From Lama guanicoe (Eukaryota): a stretch of DNA of 64,000 nucleotides. Under the pieces are notes generated by a model. That model searched no databases. It had not been told where the DNA came from and saw only the letters and a program-made list of their open reading frames with translations. Positions 1 through 14,116 of this stretch are shown here, piece by piece. The DNA is taken from positions 62,001 through 126,000 of the forward strand of contig MU054187.1 of assembly GCA_013239625.1 (NCBI GenBank). Reading direction: 5' to 3'. How positions within the stretch are numbered: position 1 is the first letter of the stretch; each line of letters begins with the position of its first letter. A program made the position numbers and the translations under genes.

Positions 1-2789
1 CTTCTTGCACACCCTGTAGCACTCGTCCTTCCCCCTTTCCTAGCATGTAGTGCACTCTGTAGAGGCAGATTATTCCCTGTCTGTAAATGGCCTGAGTCTG
101 TCTGAGTGTCTGCAGCGGCAGTGTCTCGCAGAGCACTTGGTGTTCTGCACTTGTGTTGAATGAAGAGGCGAAAGGAAGGTAGGACCATTAGAGCACAGTG
201 ACTCAAAAACCCAACTAGAAATTGTAGGATGATGATTATCAGTGGTTCACAGAGTCAGAGGGAGCTGAGAAGTTAAAAGGATGGTTTTGCCACTCTTGAT
301 TGTGGACCATTTAGAGTAAAATGCTAAATGCTAAAACAAGATTTCAGAAATAAGAATTAAAAAGCAAATCCTTGGTGCCTCACATCTCCTGCAGAGGTGA
401 ACATGCTGTGGGTCTTGATAGAGAGAAGTGACATGGTCACACTCACTTCCTACACGGTAGAGAAAGTCGCACATGGTCTTTTATGAAAAACTGTTAGTAG
501 CCTCCTTCTTGTTAATACCACTATTAAATATTTATAAAACCTATTACTGACTAAAAACATATATGAGTACTGTTTCTTGTTTAATGGTGGAAAACGACTG
601 CTCTGTGAATATAAGCAGCTGGGAAAGAATTCTGGACATGATAAAAAAATTTAAAAGAGAGATAATTGGGTGGGGCATGAAGTTTCTTTTGAGTTTCTGT
701 CATCCACAGATGAAAGGGATGGAAACAACTTCTAGAGGTTCCTTAAACCTTATCATGAAAGTTGTATTAAACTACAGACAATAACTTGGGCTATTTCATT
801 TCATGCCAAGGAACTGACTAGTAATGTTTTCTTTGTGACTAGGATACATTTTGTAGGCAAGTGAAAGTAAACCCTAGGAGAAGTTATGATTTATCATAGA
901 GCCCAGAAGCTCATTGGGGAAGGGTTTGTATGTGAAGAGGACAGTGCAGGGCATCTTCAAATGAAGAGGAACATAACCAAGATTCTTACTGGGTAGGAGC
1001 AGATGAGTGAGAGCAGTCTTCCTCTGTCCCTTTAAGTCGATATCAACATCAGAATTTTTCCAGAAAAGCTTTCTTCAAGGAATAGAGAAGGAGAACAGCA
1101 GCTCCTAACAGTTAATGAAGACATGATTTGACTTCTGTGGGCAAGCTTTACCCCAAACTGCATTGGCAAAGTTTCAAATTATAATTAATGATAGCCTGAA
1201 TATTTTAAGTTTTAAGTATATGTAAGACCACAAGTCATTTCTTCAGTATTTTCTCAAGTTCTTAAGACACTTAATTCTCCCTCTTGACTTCCTCTTCATC
1301 TTGGAAACTGCAATTTCCTTGGTAGGAACAACTTCCTGCTGGGCACCACTGTCTTTGGCCACTTCTGTCTTGAATGCCCTGTGTTTTCACCTAGAGCCAT
1401 AACTGCATTGCAACACAGGCCATTTCATCATCCTATGAGTTGAGAAAGTCAAGCAGGAAATCACCAGTTGACTGTCCCCAGTGCAAGCTTCGTGTTTCTT
1501 GGTTGCTGTGTCATGATAGGCAGTTATGAAGGGGATGCTTTATAGGAAGAACCTCTTTTCTAGGGTATGTTTAAGAGTCTAACTATCTGGGGAACAAAAT
1601 ACATGTGGAAAGAAAATATTTTCATCACAGTTTGAAAAAGATCCTATTGTTCAGGGCTGTTTTCTACAGCCATATTAAATCCACTCATTTCCAACAGCGA
1701 CTCTTTTGATTTGTCTATCTCTTTCTATTTTTTAAGTATGTTGTCAACCCCCTACCCCCCGCCATTGTATGGGTGTCTTTTCCTTTAACAGAGTGGAAAA
1801 TAATCTCCATTTATCTTCCATTCTCTCCTGTGTTCTATGCTTCAGGTCTGTTGTGTTCTGTTAATCGCATCTTCTCTACACAGGAGCTGATTTCATGATT
1901 ATCTCTTGAAAAGGTGGTTTCCTAGATGTAACAATGGGTCAGAACAGAAGTGTTTAACCTATCCAGCAAGTAGTATCTGTAAATTTGGTTGTGGTCTCCT
2001 GGAGGATCTTTTCGTTTGTGTGACATCTATTATAGAAAGAACACTGTCTGCTCTCCTCCCAAAGCAGAAGGAACCTCTTTAGTTTCCTTCTCCATCAAAT
2101 GCAGAAGTGGTGCAAAGTTTATTTTCCCTTTGTTGCTGTTCAGATGGAACAGTTGCACCTACGGCTCCCAACACATAAGGGAAAGTTATAGTGGGAAGAA
2201 AACATTTTTCTGCTATTGTTATTTAGGGAGCAGATAAAGAGAAGTTTTCAGTGAGTGATGTGGTCAGACTTTATTTCATATTCTCTCTTAGAATAAATTT
2301 TTTTAATGCCAGTCTATACTCTTGGAGCCATGCATCCAAAAACTAGGTTAGGCTTTCAAGTTCACTGTCTCAAAGAAGGACAGACATGTATACAAACAGG
2401 ACATAGACATTTAGTAATAGAAATGGGTACATATGTAGTGGTGGCAGAAAGAAAAGCCCTTTGTGGGTTAGGAAGGACTTCATAGTAGATCTATGCTAAA
2501 GCATGTGGGAAATACTAAAGTAGACTCTAGAGGTAGGTATGTGGGTGCCCCCTATAAAATTCACTTGTAGTAGCAGGTCAGGGGTGGGGGAGAAAAGAAC
2601 TTCATAGATGATGGATGCTTTAACAAAATTTTTGGCATTGAATAAGAGTTTGCCAGCTAGAAGAGAAGGAAGAAGGGAATTCCAGGTGAAATACATAGTA
2701 TACTTTTTAAAAGAAAACAAAAGAAAGGAAAACAGCATTCTGGGGAAAATTTAGTTATGTGGTGTGACTGGTTGGACTTTTTTATTGAA

Positions 2790-2986
2790 GAGAAATAGTA
2801 AATTTGGGAGTTTGAGATTTATAGATGTTAGCCACTATATATATAAAGAGATTTTTAAAAAGTTTCTTCTGTATAGCACAGGGAACTATGTTCAATATCT
2901 TGTAATAACCTTTAATGAAAAAATATGAAAACAAACATATGTATGTATATGCGTGACTGGGACATTGTACTGGACACAAGAAATTG
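2790..2986 (+). mobile_element. L1 3'UTR fragment (artiodactyl type)
   Basis: ctgtatagcacagggaactatgttcaatatcttgtaataacc...; the same motif family occurs at 61600 and, inverted, at 53040-53070. Confidence 0.7.
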
Positions 2987-5374
2987 AAAGAGAAGTTACA
3001 GTCTACAGTCAACACCAAAAAAACAGGAGGCATTATAAAATATTACTACAAACAATATACCAATAAAATGGACAACCTAAAAGAAATGGATAAATTCCTA
3101 GAAATGTACAGTCCCCCAAGATTTACTCAGAATGAAATAGAAAATATGAATAAACTGATTACCAGTAATTGAATTGAATCAGTAATTTAAAAACTTCCCA
3201 CAATCAAAAATCCAGGAACAGACAGCTTCACAAGTGAGTTCTACCCAACATTCAGAGAAGCATTTACACTTATCCTTCTCAAACTATTTCATAAAATTGC
3301 AGAGTGAGGAATGCTTCCAAACTCATTCTGTGAGGCCAGGACCATCCTGATGTCAAAACCTGACAGAGACAACACAGAAAAAGAAAAGAAGGCCAATGTC
3401 ACTGATGAACACAGATGCAAAAATCCTTTAAAAAAATACAGCACTATATTAAACTGAATTCAACAATAAATTAAAATAGTCACACACAATGATGAAGTGG
3501 GATTTATCCCAGGTACGCAAGGATGGTTCAATATTTGTAAATCAATCACCATGATACATCATATTAATAAACTGTGGAATAAAACTTATCTCACTGTGTC
3601 TCAGTAAATGCAGAAGAAACTTTTGGCAAAATTCAGCATTTATGATAATAACTCTCAAGTGGGTATAGAGGGAACATACCCCAATGTAATAAAGGCTGTA
3701 TATGAGAAGCCCACAGCTAACATCGTACTCAGCAGTGAAAAGGTGAAACATTTCCTGTAAGATCAGGGAGAAGACTAGGATTCCCACTCTCGCCACTTTT
3801 ATTCAACATAGTATTGAAGCTCTAACCACAGCAACCAGACAAGAAAATAAATAAAAATAATCTAGATTAGAAAGGAAGAGGTTATACTGTCACAATTTAC
3901 AGATGACATGATACTGTATATAGAAAATCCTGAAGACACCACCAGTAAATTATTAGAACCAATAAATGAAGTCAGTAAGGTTGCAGGGTACAAATTAATG
4001 CACAGAAATATGTTTCATTTCTGTGCTCTTAACAACAAAGAAGCAGAAAGAGAATTTAAGAAAATAATCCTCTTCATAATTGCATTTAAAAGAATAAAAA
4101 ATGCCTAGGGATAAATTTAAGCAGGGAGGTTAAAATCACTACATTGAAAATTAGGAAACAGTGATTAAAGAAACTGATAGTGATGCAAACAAATGGAAAA
4201 CAATACCATGCTACATCTTTCCATATGATGCTCATGGATTGGAAGAATTAATATTGTTAAAATTACCACACCAAGGCAGTGTACAGATTCATTGCAATCC
4301 CTGTTAAAATACCAACAGCATTTTTCACAGAACTATAACAAATAATTCTAAAATCTGTATGGCAACACAAAAGACCGTGAATAGCCAAAACAGTCTTGAG
4401 AAAGAAGAATGAAAAAGAGGTATCACTTCCCTGATTTCAACTATACTATAAAGCTACATTAATCAAAGCAGTATGGTGCTGAAACAAAAATTGCCACATA
4501 GCTCCATGGATACAATAGAGAGCCCAGAAATGAACACACTCTTACATGGTCAGTCTATGACAGAAGAGGCAGGAATATACAGTTGGGGAAAGCAGCCTCT
4601 TCAATAAATGATGTGGGAGAACTGGACAGCTACCTGTGAAAGAACCATACTGGACAATTTTCTTACACCATATACGAAAGTAAACTCAAAATGGATTAAA
4701 GACTTGGTTGGATGTAAGACCCAAAACCATAAAACTCCTAGAAGAAAAAACATAGGCAGTATACTCTTTGACATCACTCTTAGCAGTATATTTTGGGTCT
4801 GTCTCCTCAGGCAAGGGAAACAAAAGCAAAAATAAACAAATGGAACACCATCAAACCAAAAAAACTTTTTTCACAGCAAAGCAAACTATCAACCAAACAA
4901 AAAAGGCAGCCTGCTGAATGAGAGAAGACATTTGCAAATGATATATGTAATAATGGATTAATATCCAAAATATGCAAAGAACTCATAAAACACCAAATTA
5001 AAAAAACAAACAACCAAATTAAAAAACGGGTACAGGAGCTGCATAACTATTTTTCCAAGGGAGACATGTGATGCCAAGAGACACAGGAAAAGATGCTTAA
5101 TATCACTATTAATCAAGGAAATGCAAATCCAGACCTCGAAGACATAGAATGTCACTCATGTCAGAATGGCTGTCATCAAAAAGAGAACAAACAACAAGTT
5201 GTGGTGAGGATGTGGGGAAAAGAGAACCCTGTGCACTGTTGATAGGATTGTAAATTGGTGCAGCCACTGTGGAACACAGTATGGAAGTTCCTCAAAAAGG
5301 TAAAAATAGAACTACCATATGATTCAGCAATTCCACTTCTGGGTAGTTACCTGAAGAAAACAAAAACACTAATC
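2987..5374 (+). mobile_element. Degenerate L1 ORF2 fragment (RT to C-terminal region)
   Basis: Broken ORFs such as YYKQYTNKMDNLKEMDKFLE, DDMILYIENPED and WENWTATCER...TPYTKVNSKWIKDL, with many stops and frameshifts. Confidence 0.92.
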
Positions 5375-5791
5375 AGGTGTAAAATTTGGCAGTAGTCTAG
5401 TTGAAATTTTTTCTTTTTTAAAAAAGAAAGAAGTTAAGGGTTTTTGTTATGTAGAGCATGTAGTCTAGTGAAATGGATTTATTGATTTTGAGTAGATCCT
5501 ACATAACTTAGTCATTTCATTGATTTGCAAATCAACGAGGATTTTAGTGGTAGGCCCAAATGACTATTGTTTAAAAGTTCTACTGAATTCATGTTAATAT
5601 TTGATTGTGTTGAAATCTAGTACTCAACGTAAGTTTTGTTTTTTAAAATTCCAAATTTAATAGCATGAAAGATAATGATCTTCTGATACTAATAAATATG
5701 CAGTGGGACAGGCCCAGGAGAAATAAGTTCTGGGAAGTGCTTACGTCTGAGGCTTCCCTTTGAAATGCTGCTCTCAGCTGTGTGTATATTA

Positions 5792-5848
5792 CTGCTGCTG
5801 CTGCTGCTGCTGCTGCTGTTGTTGTTGTTATTATTATTATTATTATTA
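5792..5848. repeat. Compound trinucleotide microsatellite (CTG)9(TTG)3(TTA)7
   Basis: Read directly from the sequence. Confidence 0.95.
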
Positions 5849-7221
5849 TCATTTTCTTTTCATAGAAGTTGAGCTGTTCTTGACCTGTTGTCATTGTCTT
5901 CTTTAGGTTAATTTGTGTTACCCATTTTCTGTATGGTGGTGGTTTCTACTGAACCATCTTTTTTCTCCTGTCTATCTGGGGAATTTTACAAATAGGATTA
6001 AGGACAGATGTGGACTAAGTCAGGCAAAAGGCATTTCAGAAAGAAAAAATAAAATAGATAAATCTGATTTTTCTCTAGAAGTTAAAACAGCATAATAGAA
6101 ACCAATTATAATAAAGCCAATTACCTTATTTTGCTTTAGGTATGTTATTTGTTCATATAAACTTCTAAAGTAAAGAGTATATCTATTCAAAGCAGTTAAT
6201 CTTTTTTACCTAGAAATAACAATAAAAATATAAATTGTCCCATTTTGAATATATTTCCAAATTGTTTGGATTTAATTATTGTGTCTTGTTTATGTAGTTT
6301 TGAAGTCAAAATATCTGTCTAGAGTCTCTTTTGTTTTCTCCTTTTTATGTCTGTCCAGCAAAAAAAGGGTATTTCCCTGTTTGTCTCCACCCAGGGCTTC
6401 TTTGTGACAGTTTGGTTTTAGATGCTGTCCTCACTTTTAGCTGAGATTTAATCTTCTGATTTGTTCTAGACAGCTGAACTTTCAGTTATACCTAATTTAA
6501 TCAAGGAGACAAGAAAGCCAATTTAAACAATAGACAACACCTAATTTTAATAGATGTAGCCAGGTGGATTTATAGCCAAAACTGGTAGAATGTTCTCAAG
6601 GCATATAATTCTCTTATTTTGCTTAGTCTACTTTAGAAGTTTTCTCTTTTTTGGGGGGTTTGGTAAAATAAATCAAGACTTTATAGCTATTAAGAAAGCA
6701 ATTTTTTTTTGAGGCGGAGCCTTTAAAGAAATAGCTCTAATAGTTTTACATTCTCAAGTAGTTAGGAATTTCTTATGTTCAGGTTTTTTTTTTTTTTCCC
6801 CAAAGATAGGTGTCATTAAATCAGCAAGTTGTGGGTGATGAAAGTAGGAATTTATATAGATTTGGGGCTCTTACAACTATGCCTAAGAACCTAGCATGAT
6901 AGAAAAGCTTTTTTCAGTTTGACTTCATTCAGAATCATGTATTACCCTAATGCTTGAGATTCATGTTACTGCTGGTCCAGTGTCTCAGAAGTTTGGATTA
7001 ATTTGGGGAAATTTGTCATCTTAAATGTTCTTAAAATAGGATCCTTTCTGTAAAAAAGCTTATTTCAAATCTCTCAGTGATTTTTAGGGGCATTAATTTT
7101 GTTAGGCATACTTTGAGTTACTGACTGAGCAATACTGAATCCAGTTACTGGGTAAATTAAGTTTCCAACTTTGTAAAAACTAGTTGCAGGAAGTTATTTG
7201 GGGATTCCACAGGAAAAAGAG

Positions 7222-7570
7222 TATCTGTTGCTGGCTTTGAAGATGGAGGAAGCCATGTGGAAAGTAATGGAAGGTGAGAGCAGCCCTCAGCTGAATGCCA
7301 GCAGGAAGGTAGGGACCTCAGTCCACAGCTGCAAGGAACTGAACTTCCACAACCATGTGAGCTGGGAAGAGGACCCTGGGCTCCAAAGAGCAGCATCCAG
7401 CCAGCACCTTGATTTACTCTTGGAAGACTCTTGAGTAAAGAACTCAGCCTGCTGTGCCTGGACTCTGTTTGTTGGGATAAGTTTGAACAACAGAGCTGTG
7501 AGCTAATAAATGGGTGTTGTCTTAAGCTGCTAGGTTTGTGGTGATTTGTTGCGAAGCGATAGAAAACCAG
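7222..7570 (+). mobile_element. MaLR LTR fragment (MLT1D-like)
   Basis: gctggctttgaagatggagg, ggacctcagtcc.cagctgcaaggaactgaa and the ending taataaatgggtgttgtcttaagctgctaggtttgtggtgatttgttgc are typical MLT1 motifs. Confidence 0.75.
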
Positions 7571-7890
7571 TGTGGGGCATCTCACCCAGCCTCGTAGGGA
7601 TACCCAGTGCTGGTGAGCCAGCTTACACTTGGTTTTCTCTTCATAACTTCTGGTCTTACACTAAGGTCACAGTGGGTATCAGCAAATACTAAGTTGAATT
7701 TTAAAATTTGTTCATCCTTTGATTTGAATTTTACTTTTATTATAGCATGTTAAGGTACAATGAGTGATGAAGAAAGAATTTTGGTAGTTTCCTTTGTTTA
7801 TTTTTTGTTTTATTATTTTTTTAATCTGTAGTTTTCTTTAGAAAAGAAATTGAGGAAAATCTTTTTTATTGAAGCTAACTTCTTCTGGAA

Positions 7891-8098
7891 CAGGGTTGAC
7901 AAACGAGTTTGCAGGCCACATCAAACCCCTTACCTGTCTTTGCAAATGAAGTTTTATTGGAACCCAACCACTGGTTTATGTGCTGTCTGTGGTGGTTCTC
8001 ATGTTTCAGTGGCAGAGTTGAGTATTTGTGAAAGACACTGTATGGCCCTCAAAGCCTATAACCGTATGGTCTTTTAGAGAAAAATTTGCCAGCCCCTA
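7891..8098. mobile_element. hAT-Charlie MITE (MER58-like)
   Basis: TIR-like ends CAGGGTTGACAAAC and TTTGCCAGCCCCT, internal aatgaagttttattggaac, and degenerate 8-bp flanks ttctggaa / ttctagat. Confidence 0.75.
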
Positions 8099-8310
8099 TT
8101 CTAGATGGTGATCTGATTTAAAGTCATATTTATCTAACTTTAAATGGTTTCCATGGATGGGGACTGATACTTCTATAAGTCTTAAATATATGTTATTAAA
8201 AGAAATATATCCAGCCATACCTGATTCCAGGATTGTGTAGACTAGTTTGTACCTCTGACTCTACTCAAGTGATAGAAAATGTGTTAAAATTAATAAAATC
8301 CTATAAACTG

Positions 8311-8870
8311 TGTGTATGGGGTCCCTAAGACCATCCCCAGTTTTAGTGATTTATTAGGAGGAACCATTGAACTCAGAGGTCATTGTACTCAGGGTAGTGG
8401 TTTTTACAGCAAATGGCAACAAACACAGTCCACAGGGGAAAGTTGCGTCAGGAGCAGTTGGGGGAACCAGACATGAGCTTCCAAGAGCCTTCTCCCAGAG
8501 GTTGCACAGGACACGCTTATTAATCCTCGAGCAATGACCGTAGAAGCGCATGCAGACTATTGTCAGCTCACTGGTTCCTGGTGGGGTTTGGTTGTGCCGC
8601 TACCAGGGCTTGGTGACTGACTGCAGTGACCAAAACCCAGTCCCCCAGAAGGAAAACAGATGCTCACTGTACGTTACATTGTTTGCACAGATCGTCTAGA
8701 CAGAATAGTACAGTGTGATCAAGGTACTGAGTGTGCAAAAATATCTCTATCAGTTTGAATATTTCAGGAGATCAGTTCTCAAGTGGCATTCAAGGGCCAA
8801 TGAGGAAAGCAGCCCTTCTGAGTGCATGTGGTTGGATCAGCTCAGCCTGCTGAGTTAACACTCCTGAAAA
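8311..8870. mobile_element. ERVL-class LTR (MER21-like)
   Basis: ggggtccctaagaccatccccagttttagtgatttattaggagga and later ccccagaaggaaa resemble MER21 as recalled. Confidence 0.6.
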
Positions 8871-10710
8871 TCCCATAATAAGTGTTCAGAAACACACACA
8901 AAATGATTGCTGGCTGTAAAAATTCTGTGATACAATGTTATAAATATAGTTTCATGTATATAAAAAATGTTCTGCTAGTTACAGTTATACTTCAAATATG
9001 TTCTTTTAGTGAACTGATTATTTTTAGTCAGCATTATTTTACTTTCAAGTAAGAAATATCTACATGACTTTATAAACGAAGCCCAGCATAACTTTATACT
9101 ATCATGAGTCTTTAAAATTTCACCAAGATAAACATTGTTTTCTTGAATTTGCAGTTTAAACCAAGTATCTTATTAAAAGTGGACTACTTTGCTGTTTCTA
9201 GCTTTATAGAGACTTAAACAGCCTGGCACTTCTTATTTCATAGTTCATGTTCTTGCACGAATGTTAAACAGTAATCCTGTTCAGACTTATTGCCATAATA
9301 CTGTTTCAGCTTATTGTGGCCTTTAAATTCCCAACCGTATATTAAATATTATCTTTTAGTTTTTGGAATAATGATGAAATAAAGATTATGAAACATTACG
9401 CCTTTTAAATTCCTTAATAATAATATAAAGTGCTTGCTGTACCACCTTTATTGACCCTCATGTTATGGAAAAATACACAGGGCAGATTTCTTCTTTAGAG
9501 AAAATTCATTTTGCTCTTCTTTATTCCTGTAGTTGTTGAAGTTAACTGTATATACAAATACGTGTGTGTATTTATTTATATATATAATTTCCTCTATTGT
9601 TTTGGCTGGACAGAGCCTGGTATAGTGTGTTTAGGACCCTGTGTGGATAGTGGGGATTCCTGAGCTTATTCCCTGAAGTCATGTGTGACCCTCAGCAACT
9701 ATATATAAATAATTTTATCTCCCTGTTTCAGTTTACCTAGTTACCCCTCTTTCACCTCAAAGGATTCTTGGGAGGATTATTTTTATAAGCTTTGATTATT
9801 TTGAAGAACCCTCTTCATGTGTGTATAATGTGTCATCAGATGTCACCTGCCAGAAGTTTGATTAGGGCCTCTTCAGCTAACTTTGGATCTGGAAGGAGTC
9901 CTTGGACCTCTGAAATACTTGCTGTTAGATTTGCTTTACAGTGAGGGTTTTTGCCTTCACTCAGTTGTGAACAAGTAGCCAGCCATAAATGTCTAAAGAG
10001 CAGAATCTGTATTTTAGTCATCTTCAGAGTCCTGATGTCTAACACTGAGCCTTGCTGTTTCCTGGTTTCAGACCTAGAGCAGACAAGGAGCCTGTGACTT
10101 CGGTTGTCAATCAGAAAGGTGGCTAGGAGCAGACATGGGCACTGTAGGACTGAGGCTGGCCAGCAGCCTAGTGAGTGGAGGGAAAGGAAGCCCATCTGGC
10201 ATATGTGGAACTGTGTTACCTCAAAGTGCAAAATAATGGTTATCCACGAGAGTAACTGTGAGCTGTCAAGAAAACATTGAACCATGCATGGCATGTGATA
10301 TTTAAGAAGATAGAAGAAATTATGGAAAACTGTAGCCTCCTCCTAGAGGTCATCACGGTGCAGAAGGATGTGTTAAAGGCTCCTGAGAAATCTCAGCATT
10401 CAATTTTATTCTACCGTGTTTATTCAAACTGACTTGACTGTGGAGCTCCCTTTTCTCTTAATGTCTTAATTTCTCTTAGTGCCTCCTTGAACCCATGTTT
10501 GGAGGGTGCACCCTAGGCCCTGTGAGGCTGTGTACTTGCTTTTCACTGTTTTTGCTTTTGTTTGTCCCTGTGTTCCTTAGGGCACTTCCCTGGCTTGTTT
10601 CCTTCAAAGCCTCTATCTTCTCCAGGCTCTTCTCTCTGTCTCTTCCATCCCCGCCCTCTGCCCCCACCCAGTCTTCCATTATGTAGAATTTTAGTTTAGT
10701 TTAGTTTAGT

Positions 10711-10882
10711 TTTTTAATTGAAATATAGTTGCTGTACGATATTATGTAAGTTACAGGTGTACAATATAGTGATAAGCAGTTTTTAAAGTTTACACTCTAT
10801 TTATAGTTATTATAAAATATTGTCTGTACTTCCTGTGTTGTACAGTACATCCTGGTGGCTTATTTTATATCTAATAGTCTGT
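10711..10882 (-). mobile_element. Short 5'-truncated L1 3' end
   Basis: tttttaattgaaatatagttgctgtac...caggtgtacaatatagtgat is an inverted L1 terminus, preceded by a (TTTAG)n tail. Confidence 0.7.
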
Positions 10883-13800
10883 GTAGGATTTTAATCCTTT
10901 GCCTTGAATAAAAGGAAAGCCTGGCTCATAACCAGCAGCAATCTGTGTCTTGCCTCTAGTTTCATTTGCATAAATGAACAGATTAATTTTCTGAGTATGC
11001 TGTCATTTTTGCTTCACTTAATTTTAAGGTCCCCGTTTTGAGTGTAGGTTTGAGTTGGATGCCTCTCAGCCTCCAGCAGACCAGGGATACGTGTGCCACC
11101 CCTGCCTGGTTCTGTCAGGAGGTGGTGCTGCTGAAAGATGGGGCTGGGTCTGTCTCTGAACATGTTTGAAGCAGACAGGTTGTGTCACTGACTCCATCCA
11201 GCAGGCTCCTTTTCTCTGGCCCTTTGTCTTACAATGAGACTGCATACTGTTTCTCTTTTCCTCCTTGGGCTCCTCAGAGCAAGTGCTTTAGATGTTAAGA
11301 TGAGGTAGAATGGAGCTTTTGTGAACCCATGTTGGTGGAACGAGAGTTCTGTCCTTCTCATCAGGCTGGAATTTGAGGTTGGAAACATACTTGGTTTGGG
11401 AAAGGCAAGCCAGGTGATTTACAGAGGTGTAACCATGGGCGTAGCTAGTTAAACCTGTTTACCTCAGAAAAGATTTTTTTTTTCTTAAATGTGTGAGAAA
11501 ATCTACAGCTTTTGTTTTCCCTCTCACTAGCTGGCTCTGATTGTTGTGGATAAAGTTTCAGTCACAAAAAGCATACCAAGTAAACAGTGAAAGTATATCT
11601 CCTGTCAGTAGTTTAAAACTCTGTTGTCTAGAATTGCTCTTATCTATAGACAACTATGGTCTAGTTGCTTTTATTGATATTTAATCCCAATAGAAAATAA
11701 AATTCTGTTAGGAGCTGAGAGTCTGATACATTCCTTCCATTCTTGGTGACTTTGCTGCCCTTTTTCACACAACCAGTGTAGTTCTTGATACGTGGCCAGA
11801 GAACAGCCCATGTTAACTAAGGAGTGAGTGAGTGAGGGTGTGTGTTATGATTCCACCAGACTTTAAAGACCACATGGATAAGGATTTTGGTGTCCCTGCC
11901 CACCACAATTGCATAGAGCATTGTGCCCAGAATGATTTCTGATACAGAGCAGACATTCAGTTAATTTGTTAAATGAATGAATTCCATTTTAGAATTGAGA
12001 GTGGAAATGAAGGCATTTGCTAACTAATTTGTTGGTTTATCAGCCACCAGTACTCTTTCATTCCCCTTAATTTTTAAGAGCTGTCTTGGTTTTGGTGATT
12101 TTACTTGTCCATTGCATATCTTCTGTAGCATTTTTGCTGTTGCTCCCACCTTTCAACTTCCTTAAGAAGATTATTAGATTTAAAAGTTTCTAAGCAGGCA
12201 GGATTTTTACAATTCTCTTGTTATTTCCTTAAAATTCCCCTGACCTCATTTGTAGTGAGACTTGAAGAAAGGAAAGCTGAACCAGGTAAACATGGTGAAC
12301 TTAGCATAGCCTGGCTCTTGCTGATCTCATAAGATCTTCCCAGGGCAGGTCTGGGCCCAGCCAGTAATTGGGTGGGAAGCCTCGGAGAACAGAAACCTAC
12401 GCTGCAGGATGTGGCCCTGCCGGTTAGGATGCAGCCAGCACCTGCCCCCACGGCAGGCGGGCAGGCAAGGCGCTTCAAGGACCCAGCCTGGGGGACGCCT
12501 TCTCGCCTGAGCTGAGACCAAGAGCTTTGAGTCTTCTGTTTTGGCATGAAATAGAATAAAGTGAGCTGTTTTTTGTCCTGTAATTGGTTATCTCAAGGAA
12601 TGATTTTAATTTAGTTACTATCTCTCTTTCCTTAGTTTTATGACCTTAGTATTTAGCTACAGAGGTGTCGTTTAAAGAGGTTATCATTAATTACCAGTAT
12701 TCCACTGTTGCTCTTGGTGTGACCATTCTATAAATTTTAGAGGTAAAAGCTTTAATTTCTGAACGTTAGAGAGTGGTGGTTCATCTGGCTGATTGGTTTC
12801 ATTTGTGTTACTGCAGACGCTTTGCTCCATCTTGACATTAGACTTCAAGATCTTAACTTTGTTAGTGGGCGCAGTTTTTATAGAGGACCCTCCATATGTG
12901 GACTTTCATACATGGATTTAGATGAAGATTTGAGTCAGCTAATTGCATTATGCTAATTGATTTTTTAAATTAAAAATTTATGATAGTTGTTTATAATTTA
13001 CTTTTAAAAAAGTGATATTTTTGAATATCTACCTGTTTAGAAAATTGTAGGGTTTTCTTATTCCTGATTTTCCTGATGAGCTTACGAACATGTGTGCTTC
13101 CCATTTTACCCCTGCACACGCCAGCGCCTAGATGTCTGCATTGCCGAATAACTGGCAGGTTTTAAGGTAGAGACAGTGGGATCTTTTTTAAAACATCATC
13201 TTGGCTGCACAGTATTATAGAATATCAAAATAAAGAATCCCTGAAAGTAATGAAAGTCATGGAGTCATTGTGATTTCTATCATACAGTCTATGGGAGGTT
13301 GTCTATGTTGAGGCTGAAAAAAGGAGCCCAGAAATCAGAGTGCTGTGGCTGTCTTGTCCTCACCTGTGTCCTCCATGAGGGCATCTTACAGGTCAGTGTC
13401 TTGGGTCACTTCTACTCCAGTGGCCTCTTTGCCAATCAGCTGAATTTCCAGCCTCCAGCCAGGTGGCTCTGTGTTTCTGTGATAGTCCTGTGTTCATTTA
13501 GAACTCCCTGTGTCCCAAAGAATGTCTTCTTTCCCCTTTCTTTGCTCTTGTATGTGTCCTCTGTTTCAGTTGGTCGCACTACTACGCTGACTGTCACAGA
13601 GTTTGGCCTCTCTTCGTGCATTACTTGAGCCAGCTGACTTTCTCTCTAAAGGGTTTGCTTTAGTGCTGTTTACTCACTGAACAGTTTTAGAACAGTAATT
13701 ATTAAAGCGGTAGGCTGGGAATGAATGAACACTTGCCAGTGTGCTGAATTGCTCTCACTGCATTAAAACATCATAGTAACTTAATTTTTTAGAGCATCTC

Positions 13801-14116
13801 ATCAGTAGGTTTGGGAATGGAAACAAGTCTGAAGGCATGGACTTTACCACTGACCCAGAGCCATCAGTGGTACCAGGAAGCCACACTGGAAGGATGTGAG
13901 TGAATTAGCCCAAATTCATCATTATTCCAAGAAATAAGTTTATAACATATTCTCCACTCTGCTGATAGGTTATGCGATTTATTTTTATGTAAGAGAACAT
14001 GTGTGCTCTCTCTCAACACGCGCACCCAATCTGTAGGGCTATTATGTTGCTGTTACTGTCTCTTGCCTTGCAGTGTGAACTCTAAACTTGGATTTGTCTA
14101 GACTTCTCTGTGTATC

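Noticed and set aside
5643..5894. ORF with poly-Ile/Thr/Ala runs
   Set aside because: It is just the translation of the compound microsatellite.
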